Source: Candidatus Latescibacterota bacterium (GTDB taxonomy: Bacteria; Latescibacterota; UBA2968; GCA-2709665). Taken from it: DNA of 64,000 bases. The translations under genes were made by a program, and so were the position numbers. The stretch covers positions 1,312,001-1,376,000 of the forward strand of contig OZ244744.1 of assembly GCA_965219455.1 (NCBI GenBank), in the 5' to 3' direction. The notes below the pieces were generated by a model. The model was not told the DNA's origin. It worked only from the letters and a program-made list of their open reading frames with translations, and searched no databases. Of this stretch, positions 20,117 through 29,848 are shown piece by piece; within the stretch, counting starts at the first letter, position 1, and the number at the start of each line of letters is the position of its first letter.

Positions 20117-23100
20117 TCATTGTCCGCTTTGCGCCGCCGCGTCGCTCTCGATATAGCCCGTCAGGATCACGAAATCCGCGTAGTTGATCGTCCCGTCGCC
20201 GTTCAGGTCCATCCGCCTGTCAAACCCCGCATCCGACCTGCCCAGCCCCATCTTCTTATTGAACAACGCCGCATCCGCGGCATCCCGCCTCCCGTCGCCA
20301 TTGAAATCCCCCGGCAGCGCGACGGTCATCCTGAACGACGTGGTTACCCGCCGGTCGTCCTCGTCGTCGACGACAACCGTTACCGTGGCGCTGCCCAGTT
20401 GCGTAGGGGTGCCGCCGATACGCCCGCTTGACGAAATGGAGATGCCGGCGGGTTCGCTTTCCAGGTCATACGTATACGATCCCCTGCCACCGGATACCGA
20501 CACCTGGATCGGGTCCATGTCAAGCTGCCACGTCACCACCACGTCCGAAATCGAGGCGATGGTCAACGGAGCACTGACACGCAACTGAAACGACGGGGTC
20601 GTCGCCGTTACGCCCTTCTTATCGGTGACCGTCACCGTCGCCGTGGACGTGCCCGTGCTTGTCGGCGTGCCGCTGATACGTCCGCTGGATCGGTTGAAAT
20701 TTACCCACGAAGGCTTGCCCGACATCGTGAACGCAAACGGTGTCTCACCTCCGGACGCCGACGCCGCTCTTGCAGGCATCTCCTGCCCCACGGTCGCCTC
20801 CACGTCGCGGATGTCGGCAATCTCCAGCGGCGGATCTACGACCTCGATCTCGAACGTTGTCGTGCCCCAACAGCCGCCGGCATCCGTCGCCTTCACCGTC
20901 ACGAGGTATGTGCCGGTTGTGTTCGGGGCCCTGCCGCTGATGGCCCCGCCGGTGGATACCGTCACCCACGACGGTCCGATCTCCTTCCTGAACGTATACG
21001 GCGACTGACCTCCGGAGGCGCGGGCCGTCATCGAAGGCATATTCTCATCCACCTCCACCTTCACGTTATCCAGGCCGCCCACAGTTATTGTCGGACATGT
21101 TACGGTGACATTGATTGAACCCGGGCCGGTATTCCCTTCCGCGTCCGTCGCCGTCACGCCGAAGGTGTAGGGGCCAGGCGCCGTGCCTGACGGCGGTTCA
21201 ACGGTGTATTCGTTGCTCCCCGTTTTTCTCACCCAACCCAGCCCGCCTGGATCCCCAAATGTCTTCGTCCCGCATCCCCCTTCCGCGCTCACGGTCACCG
21301 TCGCCGTCTCCCCGGCCGGCACCACCACCGGATCCGGGTTCTGCGTGACCGTGATCGGCGGACATTCAACCTCGATCTCGAATTCTTCATCGTCGGAATT
21401 GTTCCTATTGTCTCTGTCCGTCGCCGTCACCGTAACGTCGTAGGTTTTCTCGATGGGCCCCACGTTGCCTTCGATAAACCCCGTGTCAGAGACAATCCCT
21501 ACGCCCGTCGGCTGGCCTGATATGGAAAATTCAGCCGTCGGGCATGCAGGAATCACACTGGCCGTGAGCCCTATCTCCGTACGTGGCGTCACCTGCATAT
21601 TCTGGATCTCCCGGATGACGAACGGCGCGCAGACAACAGTGATCATGAAATCCTCGTCGTCGGTATTGTTCCTATTGACCATGTCCCTCGCCGTCACCCT
21701 CACGTTGTATTCACGGACGTCGTCCCCCACGCTACCGGTGATGACCCCGGTGTTCCGATCAATCTCTAAACGTCCAGGCGCGCCCGTCATCGACCATTTA
21801 ATCGACCCGCATCCCCCGGACGCATGCGGCGTGATTGTGATGCGTGTATTCACCGGCACCGTCTTGTTTGAGATCGGATCGATGACAACCGGCTCACAGA
21901 CGGTGATTTCAAACGAACACGTTGCCGTACTGTCAGGCGCATCCTCGACGGTCACCTCGACATTGTATTCGCCTGCCGGCGTCGCCGTCCCGCTGATCGT
22001 TCTATCCCCATCGTTTGATGGTTGTGTTGATATACCCAGAGTTAATTCCGACGGGCTGATAGACAAAGGATCAAACGTATACGGCGTAGTACCCCCTGAC
22101 GCCGTCGCCGTCAGCGAGATGGTCGCACCCTCCTTTACCGTCTGGTCCGCCGGGCACGTGATGGTCAGGTCTCGAATTTCGTCGAGTGTCGTCACCGTTT
22201 TGCTCGTCGAGCCGCCTTCACCGCAAGGGTTCCACGCAAGCACCTCGAAGGTATACGCAGTCCCTGCGTTTAAATTTGGCACCGTATGGCTCGTCGTGAG
22301 GCCTATCCCGGTCCAATTCTCCGGCAAATCCACTGTAGATTTCGCATATCTGACTCGATTTTCTGTGATCATGCCGCTCGGATTGGTCCACGACAATACC
22401 ACCTGCCTGACTCCCGCGGTCGCATTCAGGTTGGTCACGTCTCCTGGAACGGACCCCGTCGTGGTTGCCGTCGCGATGTCCGCATCGCCTACACTGTTAT
22501 TGGGGCAATCGTTCTTCGCGCGCACCTGGAATGTATATTCCTCGCAGACGTCCAGACCTTGCACCGTATGGGTCGTCGTTTCGCCTATGCTGGTCCACGT
22601 CGACCACAGGGGTGTGTCTGATACCTTATATCTGACGTGATTGTCTATAATCGTGCCACTCGGATTGGTCCACGACAATGCCACCTGTCCGACTCCCGCG
22701 GTCGCATTCAGGTTGCTCACCGCCCCTGGCGCTAAGCATGGCGGCGGCGGCGGAGGTGGAGGTGGCGGTGGCGGCGGCGGTGTGACGGTCTCCTGCCGTG
22801 GCGTCGCCATTGCCCTTGCCGAGTCGCCGTGGACCATCCCTGCTTTCGCGCGCGCCTCGAACGTATACTCGATCCGGTTGGTCAACCCCGTCACTACGTG
22901 GCGCGTCGTGTTGGGACCGCTATCGGTTATTTCGCTCCAATCAGGCAGCGCCAACGTGCTTCTGGCATATCGGAGCTGATAACCAATTACGGCGGCGTCA
23001 CGAGGATCAGACCACGTCAGCGTCACCTTCCTGTTTCCTGACGCCGCCCTGAAATTGGCGGGCTTCGCAGGCACGGGCGTGGCCGTCACGCGGGCCGAAG

Positions 23101-26100
23101 CGCCTTCATCGTCCCCTGCTTTCGCGCGCACCTCAAAGGTATACTCGATCCCGTTCGTCAGCCCCGGCACCGTGTGGCGCCTGGCCGTGGCATCGTTCGG
23201 ATCGATATCCAGCCACACGGGATTGGCGGGCGGGCTTCCGCGATAACGGTGGTACTGATAGCCGGAGATGTCGGTGTCACCGGGATCATCCCACGTCAGC
23301 GTCGCCTGCCTGTCCCCCGGCGATGCCTCAAGCCCCGCCGGCGCGTCTGGCGGCAGGGTAACGGTCACGCTGGCACGTGCTCCGGGACCCGTTGCGTTTA
23401 CGGCCCGCACCTCGAACGTATTCACGGTTCCGTTGGTCAACCCCGTCACTATGTGGCGCCTCGCGGCGGCATCGTTTGGATCGATATCCACCCACACGGG
23501 ATTGGCGGGCGGGCTTCCGCGATAACGGTGGTACTGATAGCCGGAAATGTCGGTGTCACTGGGATCATCCCACGTCAGCGTCACCTGTCCGACGCCCGCC
23601 GCCGCGTTCAGGCCCTCAGGCGGCGGCCCGGTGTGGAACATGACGGTTACCGTATTCGACCAGTCGCTGAACTCTTCACCACGGCTGGCGAGCACCTTGT
23701 ATGCGATGTATGGATACCCCCGCTCACGGGCAATGGTGTCCACCGTACGCGTATCGGCGTCTGGCGTACCAAAGATCCCGTGACGCATCACATTCACGCC
23801 GTCCGACGAGAGACTGTAATGGAAATGATAACTCGTCACGGATGCGAGGTCGGCCGTCGGCGCCTCCCAGGTCAACACCACAGTGCCGTTGTCGATCGTC
23901 GCTTCGAGATTGACGGGCGCGCGGTTCCCCGGCATCGCCGTAACGCTGGCCGGTGCGCCAGGATACGCACCCGCAACCGCACGCACCTCGAACGTATACT
24001 CGATGCCGTTCGTCAACCCCGGCACCGGGTGCGTCGTCGTAACGGCTATATCATGCCAACTTTCCGGTAGCGACGTGGGGTCGTCCCCATAGCGCACCTG
24101 ATAACCCGTGATGGCGTCGTCCTCCGGGTCAGCCCACGTCAGCGTCACCATCCGGTCATCCTCCCTCGCCGTGAGGTTGCCCGGCGGCGGGGGCGGCGCA
24201 GGCACGTCGATACGCGCGGCGTTGGACGAACCGCTGAGATAGATGTCGCGCTGCGTCTTCACCCGGTACACGTAGCTGTGTCCCGCCTCCGCGCCGGCGT
24301 CGACGTACGTGGTTTCCGTGGCGCCCGTGGCGCCGATCGAGTGAGAGACACCTGCCGCGTCAACGTCCGGCCGCCGCCGCAGAACCCGGTAGCCCGTAAT
24401 CGGCGCGGCGACGGTGGCCGGCGCCTCCCAGGTGAGGGTGACCGCGCCGTTGACCAGGGACGCGTTGAGATTGCGCGGCGGCGGCAGGTCAGGGGTGGCC
24501 CTCACACTGGCCGGCAGGCCATGAACGTCCCCGCTTATCGCGCGTACCTGGAACGTATACTCGACCCCGTTCGTCAAGCCCGTCACCTCGCGCGTCGTCG
24601 TGCTCGCTCCGGGCTCCGGGCTCACGGAAATGACGGTCCATTCCGCCGGTGCTTCACCCACGCCGTAGCGTATTTCATACCCGGTCACGTCGGGTGTATC
24701 CAAATTGTCCCACGTCAGCGTCACCGCCCTGTCACCCGCCGACGCCGTGAGGTTGTCCGGCGCGGCGGGCGGCGGCACATCAAGCATCACCGTCACGCTG
24801 GCCGTTTTGCCGGGATAATCACCCGCAACCGCACGCACCTGGATCCTATACTCGACCCCGTTCGTCAGATTTCCAACCGTGTGTTCCGTCGTGTTGGGGC
24901 CGCTGGGATCGATTGCCGTCCAATCGGGATCCCACGCGCCGTTTGCACGATAGCGGATCTCGTACCGGATGATGGCATCGTCGTCCGGATCCACCCACGT
25001 CAGCGTCACGGCGCCGTCACCCACCACGGGCGATCCCACCCATACGGGCGGATCGGGGACCGGCACCGCCGTCACGCTGGCCGATAGGCCCTCGACGTCG
25101 TCCACCCTTGCGCGCACCTCGAACGTATATTTCCTGCCGTTGTTCAGACCTTCCACGATATGTTCCGTCGTCGCCGGGCCGCTGTCGCCGATGATATGGG
25201 CATCGCTCCACTCCGGCAGGGCCATCGAACTCTCCGCCCAGCGTACCTGATACCGGGTGATATACGGGTTTTCCGGATCCCGCCACGTCAGCGTCACCTC
25301 CCCGTCACCCGGCAACGCCGTGAGGTTGTCCGGCGCGGCCTGCCGCGCCCCCGGCGTCGCCGTCGCGCGCGACGCTTCGCTGTAGCCGCCCGCGTTCCGC
25401 AACTGCACCTGGAACCAGTACTCGACCTCGTTCGTCAGGTCCTCCACCGTGCGCGTCATCGTGCGCTCACCGCTTGCAACGTCATCTTCAACGATCGAAT
25501 CAAGCGTGCCCGACACGCGTGTCCGATAACGCACCAGGTATCCCGTTATCGCGTGGTCGCCCGGCACGTCCCACGTCAACGTCACCTCACCGTCACCCGC
25601 CGTCGCCATCAGGCCCTCCGGCCGCGGCGGCGGCGCGGGCACGTACACGAGAACCTCGGCGGAACCACGGCTGAGCGTTTCGCCGTACATCGCCTTCACC
25701 TGATAGATAATGCTATCGTCAAACCCCACGTCCTCGTCCGTATACGTCCGCACCATGGCCCCGGTTGCGGCGAGCACGCGGAAACCCCCCTCGGCATTGT
25801 CTCCCGGAAAACGCCACAGCACCTGGTACCCCGTAACCGACCCGGCGGCGAGTGCGGGCGCGTCCCACGTCAGCACCACGATGCCATCCGCCACCGTGCC
25901 CCTCAGATTGGCCGGCGGCGGCGGCGCCGTCCTCACCGTCACGCTGTCCGATGCGCCGGGAACCTCCCCCGCAACCGCGCGCACCTCGAACGTATACCGG
26001 GTACCGCTCATCAGATCCACCACCGTGTAGATCGTGGTCGTGCCGATTTCAAGGACGGAATCGTCGCTCCAGGCCGGACGATCGGCGCCGGCCACACCAT

Positions 26101-26605
26101 AACGGATCTCGTATCCCGTGATGTACGCGTCCTCAGGATCGGACCACGTCAGCGTCACTTCCGTCAACCCAGGCGACGCCCGGAGGCGTTTCGGCTCCGC
26201 AGGCGGCATCCTGACCGTCACCCTGGCCGATGCGCCGGGAACCTCCCCTGCCATCGCACGCACCTCGATCGTATACTCTTTACCGTTCCTCAACCCCACC
26301 ACCGTGTGCTCCGTCGTGTTCGCAGGGCTGTCAACGTAATGATCGTGGCTCCACTCAGGCATTGACGTACCGGTTTCCCAATAGCGGACCTGGTATCCCG
26401 TCACGCGGGGGTCTTCCGCAGCTACCCACCTCAGCCATACCATCCGGTCCAGGGCAATCGCTTCCAACTCGACCGGCGGCTCAGGCGACGGCGCCGTCCT
26501 CACCGTCACGCTGTCCGATGTGCCGGGAACCTCCCCCGCAACCGCGCGGAACGGGATGCGGAAGGCCAGAGGGACCACGGGCGGTTTGCGATGATCGGGT
26601 TGCAA
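20117..26605 (-). CDS. Giant fibronectin type III/putative Ig repeat surface protein with C-terminal dockerin-like module
   Basis: 2162 aa. Many VTLTW...GYQ/YEI...GLTNG.EYTFEVRA Fn3 units, a poly-Pro linker (~22740-22780), Ig repeats with SGG..PYTF, and C-terminal GDFNGDG...DLNGDGTINYADF. Confidence 0.9.
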   Translation of the reverse strand: MQPDHRKPPVVPLAFRIPFRAVAGEVPGTSDSVTVRTAPSPEPPVELEAIALDRMVWLRWVAAEDPRVTGYQVRYWETGTSMPEWSHDHYVDSPANTTEHTVVGLRNGKEYTIEVRAMAGEVPGASARVTVRMPPAEPKRLRASPGLTEVTLTWSDPEDAYITGYEIRYGVAGADRPAWSDDSVLEIGTTTIYTVVDLMSGTRYTFEVRAVAGEVPGASDSVTVRTAPPPPANLRGTVADGIVVLTWDAPALAAGSVTGYQVLWRFPGDNAEGGFRVLAATGAMVRTYTDEDVGFDDSIIYQVKAMYGETLSRGSAEVLVYVPAPPPRPEGLMATAGDGEVTLTWDVPGDHAITGYLVRYRTRVSGTLDSIVEDDVASGERTMTRTVEDLTNEVEYWFQVQLRNAGGYSEASRATATPGARQAAPDNLTALPGDGEVTLTWRDPENPYITRYQVRWAESSMALPEWSDAHIIGDSGPATTEHIVEGLNNGRKYTFEVRARVDDVEGLSASVTAVPVPDPPVWVGSPVVGDGAVTLTWVDPDDDAIIRYEIRYRANGAWDPDWTAIDPSGPNTTEHTVGNLTNGVEYRIQVRAVAGDYPGKTASVTVMLDVPPPAAPDNLTASAGDRAVTLTWDNLDTPDVTGYEIRYGVGEAPAEWTVISVSPEPGASTTTREVTGLTNGVEYTFQVRAISGDVHGLPASVRATPDLPPPRNLNASLVNGAVTLTWEAPATVAAPITGYRVLRRRPDVDAAGVSHSIGATGATETTYVDAGAEAGHSYVYRVKTQRDIYLSGSSNAARIDVPAPPPPPGNLTAREDDRMVTLTWADPEDDAITGYQVRYGDDPTSLPESWHDIAVTTTHPVPGLTNGIEYTFEVRAVAGAYPGAPASVTAMPGNRAPVNLEATIDNGTVVLTWEAPTADLASVTSYHFHYSLSSDGVNVMRHGIFGTPDADTRTVDTIARERGYPYIAYKVLASRGEEFSDWSNTVTVMFHTGPPPEGLNAAAGVGQVTLTWDDPSDTDISGYQYHRYRGSPPANPVWVDIDPNDAAARRHIVTGLTNGTVNTFEVRAVNATGPGARASVTVTLPPDAPAGLEASPGDRQATLTWDDPGDTDISGYQYHRYRGSPPANPVWLDIDPNDATARRHTVPGLTNGIEYTFEVRAKAGDDEGASARVTATPVPAKPANFRAASGNRKVTLTWSDPRDAAVIGYQLRYARSTLALPDWSEITDSGPNTTRHVVTGLTNRIEYTFEARAKAGMVHGDSARAMATPRQETVTPPPPPPPPPPPPPPCLAPGAVSNLNATAGVGQVALSWTNPSGTIIDNHVRYKVSDTPLWSTWTSIGETTTHTVQGLDVCEEYTFQVRAKNDCPNNSVGDADIATATTTGSVPGDVTNLNATAGVRQVVLSWTNPSGMITENRVRYAKSTVDLPENWTGIGLTTSHTVPNLNAGTAYTFEVLAWNPCGEGGSTSKTVTTLDEIRDLTITCPADQTVKEGATISLTATASGGTTPYTFDPLSISPSELTLGISTQPSNDGDRTISGTATPAGEYNVEVTVEDAPDSTATCSFEITVCEPVVIDPISNKTVPVNTRITITPHASGGCGSIKWSMTGAPGRLEIDRNTGVITGSVGDDVREYNVRVTARDMVNRNNTDDEDFMITVVCAPFVIREIQNMQVTPRTEIGLTASVIPACPTAEFSISGQPTGVGIVSDTGFIEGNVGPIEKTYDVTVTATDRDNRNNSDDEEFEIEVECPPITVTQNPDPVVVPAGETATVTVSAEGGCGTKTFGDPGGLGWVRKTGSNEYTVEPPSGTAPGPYTFGVTATDAEGNTGPGSINVTVTCPTITVGGLDNVKVEVDENMPSMTARASGGQSPYTFRKEIGPSWVTVSTGGAISGRAPNTTGTYLVTVKATDAGGCWGTTTFEIEVVDPPLEIADIRDVEATVGQEMPARAASASGGETPFAFTMSGKPSWVNFNRSSGRISGTPTSTGTSTATVTVTDKKGVTATTPSFQLRVSAPLTIASISDVVVTWQLDMDPIQVSVSGGRGSYTYDLESEPAGISISSSGRIGGTPTQLGSATVTVVVDDEDDRRVTTSFRMTVALPGDFNGDGRRDAADAALFNKKMGLGRSDAGFDRRMDLNGDGTINYADFVILTGYIESDAAAQSGQ

Positions 26606-26890
26606 AGCGTTTCTCCCTTCCTGAGTTGAACGATTCCGGTTCGCTATGGTGAATTATTCACGAAGACCGGTGGTTGTGTTGTATAACCGGTTGTATTTCA
26701 ATAAATTCAGCGAAGTCTTGTACGACAGCATCTAACGAAATGCGGAATCTGATGGGTCAGGGTGACGTTGCGCGGTCTACAGAGGTAAGGATTCATCGCT
26801 TTGGCCCGGAAAAGTGAGCATTTGTCCTGCTTTTGGTTTTTATCCTGTCCATCCATGCAAGTTTGGGTTTTTGAATGAACGAGGCTATAA

Positions 26891-26919
26891 TTGACATCGC
26901 GACACAGGTTCCATATATT
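26891..26919 (+). promoter_or_regulatory. sigma70 promoter of duplicated RNA unit, copy 1
   Basis: TTGACA-17 bp-TATATT. Confidence 0.7.
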
Positions 26920-27046
26920 CCCGTATAGTGAGGGCCGCATTCCGTCTCACGGCGCAAAAGCGCTACGGGATAAAAAAGGATGTGCGCCTTCCTGGATAAC
27001 CGTCGGTTTTGACTCTGGCAGGTCAGGGAACCGACGGTTTTTTTTT
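26920..27046 (+). ncRNA. Putative structured small RNA of unknown family, copy 1
   Basis: Lies between the promoter and a terminator hairpin (AACCGTCGGTT...AACCGACGGTT + T-tract). Near-identical copy at 63486-63611. Confidence 0.6.
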
Positions 27047-27359
27047 GGTTGTCGGGTTAACAGCCCGTTGAGCTATGGACGTTGGGCTTCAGCGCCTTTT
27101 CGTATGACCCGGAATATAGGGGTCACGCGCGGGATGTGCAAAATATTTATTAATTTTCATTGGCAGATATATAAACAAAACTTTACGTTGTTATCTACTT
27201 TTTTCCGTATTCGTCTACAAATCCTGACGGTCCTGCACGCGATTTCTCCGGCGGCGGCGGACTTTCACGGTCACGACCGACTCGTCGCCGTTGTGGGCAG
27301 CACTCGACGACCGGGTGCAAGTGTCGCATTTTGCGACAGTCGATGCCTGGCGCACACAT

Positions 27360-27397
27360 AAAAAAAAGGAGCCGGAAAATCCGGCTCCTTTTTTTTC
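27360..27397. terminator. Bidirectional intrinsic terminator ending the methyltransferase operon
   Basis: A-tract-GGAGCCGGA-AAA-TCCGGCTCC-T-tract. Confidence 0.85.
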
Positions 27398-27416
27398 TAT
27401 CAGCCAGTTGGGGCCT

Positions 27417-27689
27417 TTACTCTTTGCGACCCCGTTCGTCGTAAGCCCGTTCGAGGTCCTGTACGACCGCCTGCAGAACCACCCGCGGGTTGCCGGGACG
27501 CTCCTGACATTCGCTCCACTGCCAGTGCGCCAGGTACGCGTCCGTTCCGGCCAGACCCTCCTTCATCGCACGCCGGTCGATCGCCTCCTGAAACCTGGGC
27601 GGCATCTGCCGCGAAACGCGACGTCTACCGTCGAAGACCCGCACCTGCGCTGGGATATCCTTCCAGTAGAGCACCTGGTACTCGGCCAC
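27417..27689 (-). CDS. Small 'Virulence_fact'-family protein, often found with split methionine synthase genes
   Basis: YQVLYWKDIPAQV...RFQEAIDRRAM...DAYLAHW. Confidence 0.8.
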   Translation of the reverse strand: MAEYQVLYWKDIPAQVRVFDGRRRVSRQMPPRFQEAIDRRAMKEGLAGTDAYLAHWQWSECQERPGNPRVVLQAVVQDLERAYDERGRKE

Positions 27690-27752
27690 CTGTCACCCCT
27701 TCTCGCGTCTTCAGCGCCCCGCGTTTGGCCACTCGCCGGCGCCGGTCGTTTC

Positions 27753-28772
27753 TCAGGCGTTCCCGTTCTTCGCGGACCCCCCGTTCAACATCCCCCGGAA
27801 AGCCCGGATATGCGACGGACCCGTCCCGCAACAGCCTCCGACGATATGGGCGCCCGCGGCGATCAGATCGGGGACGGAGCGCGCCATATCCTCCGCCGTC
27901 TGGGAATACGTCGTCCGGCCGGTCTTTCTTTCCAGTTGCGGCAGCCCCGCGTTGGGATAGGCCATTAATCTGATCCCTTCAATTCCCCTGGCCTCCATCG
28001 CCTCCCGAAACTGCCGGATCCCGTTGATCGCGTATGACATTCCGGTATGTTCCACCCGCCGGGTCTCTGCGCCGCAGTTCATCCCGATGACGTGCACGTG
28101 ATCCAGGAGATTATCCCCGTCCGAAAACGCTCCGGAACTCAGGAATTCCAGAAGGCTCTCCGCTGAATGCCCCCAGTCCGTCCGGTAAATCACCTCGCCG
28201 GTCTTGCGGTCCTTCGTGTACTTGCAGGTCAGGTTTATGGCAACGGGCAACCCGGTCTTCCTGGCGACGTCCGCCACAATGGCGGCCTCCTTCGCGGAAA
28301 ACATGGTCTCGATGCAAATGAGATCCGCCTCTGCCTCCGCCAGCGCGTGGATCACCTGCTCGTGCGCCGCCCTGACCTTCCCGTCCGCGATACCGAACAC
28401 CGTATCCCCCGCGTCCGACTCGATAGCCCCCGGAGACGGACCGATAGAACCCGCAATATAGACGTCCCTGCCGCTCTTTTCGACTGCCGTTCTCGCGTGT
28501 TCCATGGCCAGCCGGGCAATCGCCCCGGCCTGGGACCCCTCTTTGCCCGCCATTTCCAGGTGCAGGGGCGAAGCGACGAACGTATTGGTCCCTATAACGT
28601 CGGTTCCCATTTCAATATAGGCAGAATGGATATCGACTACCGCAGCCGGATGCAATTCATTCGCAAGCGCGCTGTTCGTCAATTCGATACGCCCTTTGAA
28701 CAACTCCGAACCAAATCCCCCATCGTAAACCATCGGCCTGGAATCTTCCAACCGTTCGAGAAAAGTCTTCAT
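27753..28772 (-). CDS. Homocysteine S-methyltransferase (MetH Hcy-binding module)
   Basis: YDGGFGSEL, TNTF, AGSIGP, IETM, GMNC, YPNAGLP, VGGCCGTGPSHI (Zn ligands). Confidence 0.9.
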   Translation of the reverse strand: MKTFLERLEDSRPMVYDGGFGSELFKGRIELTNSALANELHPAAVVDIHSAYIEMGTDVIGTNTFVASPLHLEMAGKEGSQAGAIARLAMEHARTAVEKSGRDVYIAGSIGPSPGAIESDAGDTVFGIADGKVRAAHEQVIHALAEAEADLICIETMFSAKEAAIVADVARKTGLPVAINLTCKYTKDRKTGEVIYRTDWGHSAESLLEFLSSGAFSDGDNLLDHVHVIGMNCGAETRRVEHTGMSYAINGIRQFREAMEARGIEGIRLMAYPNAGLPQLERKTGRTTYSQTAEDMARSVPDLIAAGAHIVGGCCGTGPSHIRAFRGMLNGGSAKNGNA

Positions 28773-28791
28773 TTCCTTCCCAATTCCTCCC

Positions 28792-29838
28792 CTAACGGTA
28801 AACGTCCAGCGCGCCTTTTCGATAGGCACGCAGATAGCTCTTGCACATAGGATCGCGTCCCAGGAGCATGTCTTCCGCCAGCCGGTAGGGTTCCGTTTCC
28901 CGGTCCATGGAAAAAACGCGTTGCGGGCTGCTGGTTACGGGGTCGACAATCCCGCTGTCCGCTCCGGCCTCGACGGCCAGAATCGTGAACACGTCGTTGA
29001 TGAGACGCCGGCACGGCAGCCCGAATGACACGTTGCTGAACCCGCCCGTGACGTGAATCTCCGGGCCGAACGTCTCTCGAAGCCTCCGGATCGCCTCGAA
29101 ACTGTGATTACCGAACGTGCCGTCCACCGAGATCGGAAAGACCAGAATATCCACGAAGATATCCTGAATACCAATCCCCCGGGCAAGCGCCGCGTCCACC
29201 ATACGTGACGCATTGGCGACACGCTCTCCAGCGTCCTGAGGCATGCCGCTCCCCCCGGCAGCCGTCACAATCACCCTGGAATTGTAGCGCCGGGCCAGAT
29301 CCAGGGCTTCAAGGCGCTCCAGTGAGGCCGAGTTCAGCAGCGCACGGCCGGCCCTGCCGTCGCAGGCTTCCAGCCCCACCTGAATCGTTTCGACATTGGA
29401 GGAGTCCACGGACAGCGGAACCGGGCACACCTCCTGCACGGCCCGCACCAGCCATTGCATGGACGCCTTCTGATCGTCGAGGCGCAATGAGACTTCGTCC
29501 ACGTTCAGATCCAGGTAGCCCGCCGCCGCATCCACCTGGCGCTGCACCAGCCGGTGCAGGTACGCCAGCCCGTCACCTGCGTGCGGCTCCCGCCCGGACA
29601 TCGCCGCATGCAGGGCGATCTTCACGTATTTGACACGTCCCTCTTCGTAGTCCCGGGTCCGCTTGACATCTTCGGGAATCGTGAGGAAGCGTCGTTTCCT
29701 GTGCGTGTCGTAAAAGCGGACCGCCTCCACCCCCGCAGGACGCTTCACGACGAGCTTTCCCTTTCTGAGAACCACCCTTGTGGTGTGGATGTTCTCACCG
29801 ATCACGATAAACTCGCCGTCTCGACCGTCCAATTTCAT
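28792..29838 (-). CDS. Pterin-binding methyltetrahydrofolate:corrinoid methyltransferase (MetH folate module/AcsE-like)
   Basis: VIGENIH, LDLNVD, PLSVDSS, LLNSAS, GFSNVSFGLPCRRLIN. Confidence 0.88.
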   Translation of the reverse strand: MKLDGRDGEFIVIGENIHTTRVVLRKGKLVVKRPAGVEAVRFYDTHRKRRFLTIPEDVKRTRDYEEGRVKYVKIALHAAMSGREPHAGDGLAYLHRLVQRQVDAAAGYLDLNVDEVSLRLDDQKASMQWLVRAVQEVCPVPLSVDSSNVETIQVGLEACDGRAGRALLNSASLERLEALDLARRYNSRVIVTAAGGSGMPQDAGERVANASRMVDAALARGIGIQDIFVDILVFPISVDGTFGNHSFEAIRRLRETFGPEIHVTGGFSNVSFGLPCRRLINDVFTILAVEAGADSGIVDPVTSSPQRVFSMDRETEPYRLAEDMLLGRDPMCKSYLRAYRKGALDVYR

Positions 29839-29848
29839 CGGGTTGCCC

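Noticed and set aside
22740-22780. GGC/GGT microsatellite as a phase-variation tract
   Set aside because: It is a triplet repeat encoding a poly-proline linker with mixed codons, so slippage would not shift the frame.
15151-26548. Diversity-generating retroelement TR/VR pairs among the internal repeats
   Set aside because: The repeats are in-frame protein domain duplications, mismatches are not confined to adenines, and no reverse transcriptase is present.
26920-27046. c-di-GMP-I, guanidine-I, TPP riboswitch or SRP RNA identity for the duplicated RNA
   Set aside because: Only short word matches (GGCGCAAA, GGGATAAAA, CTGGATAA, CAGGTCAGG). The required flanking motifs, such as the GNRA loop and receptor, CUGAGA or GGAAGGAAGCAG, are absent.
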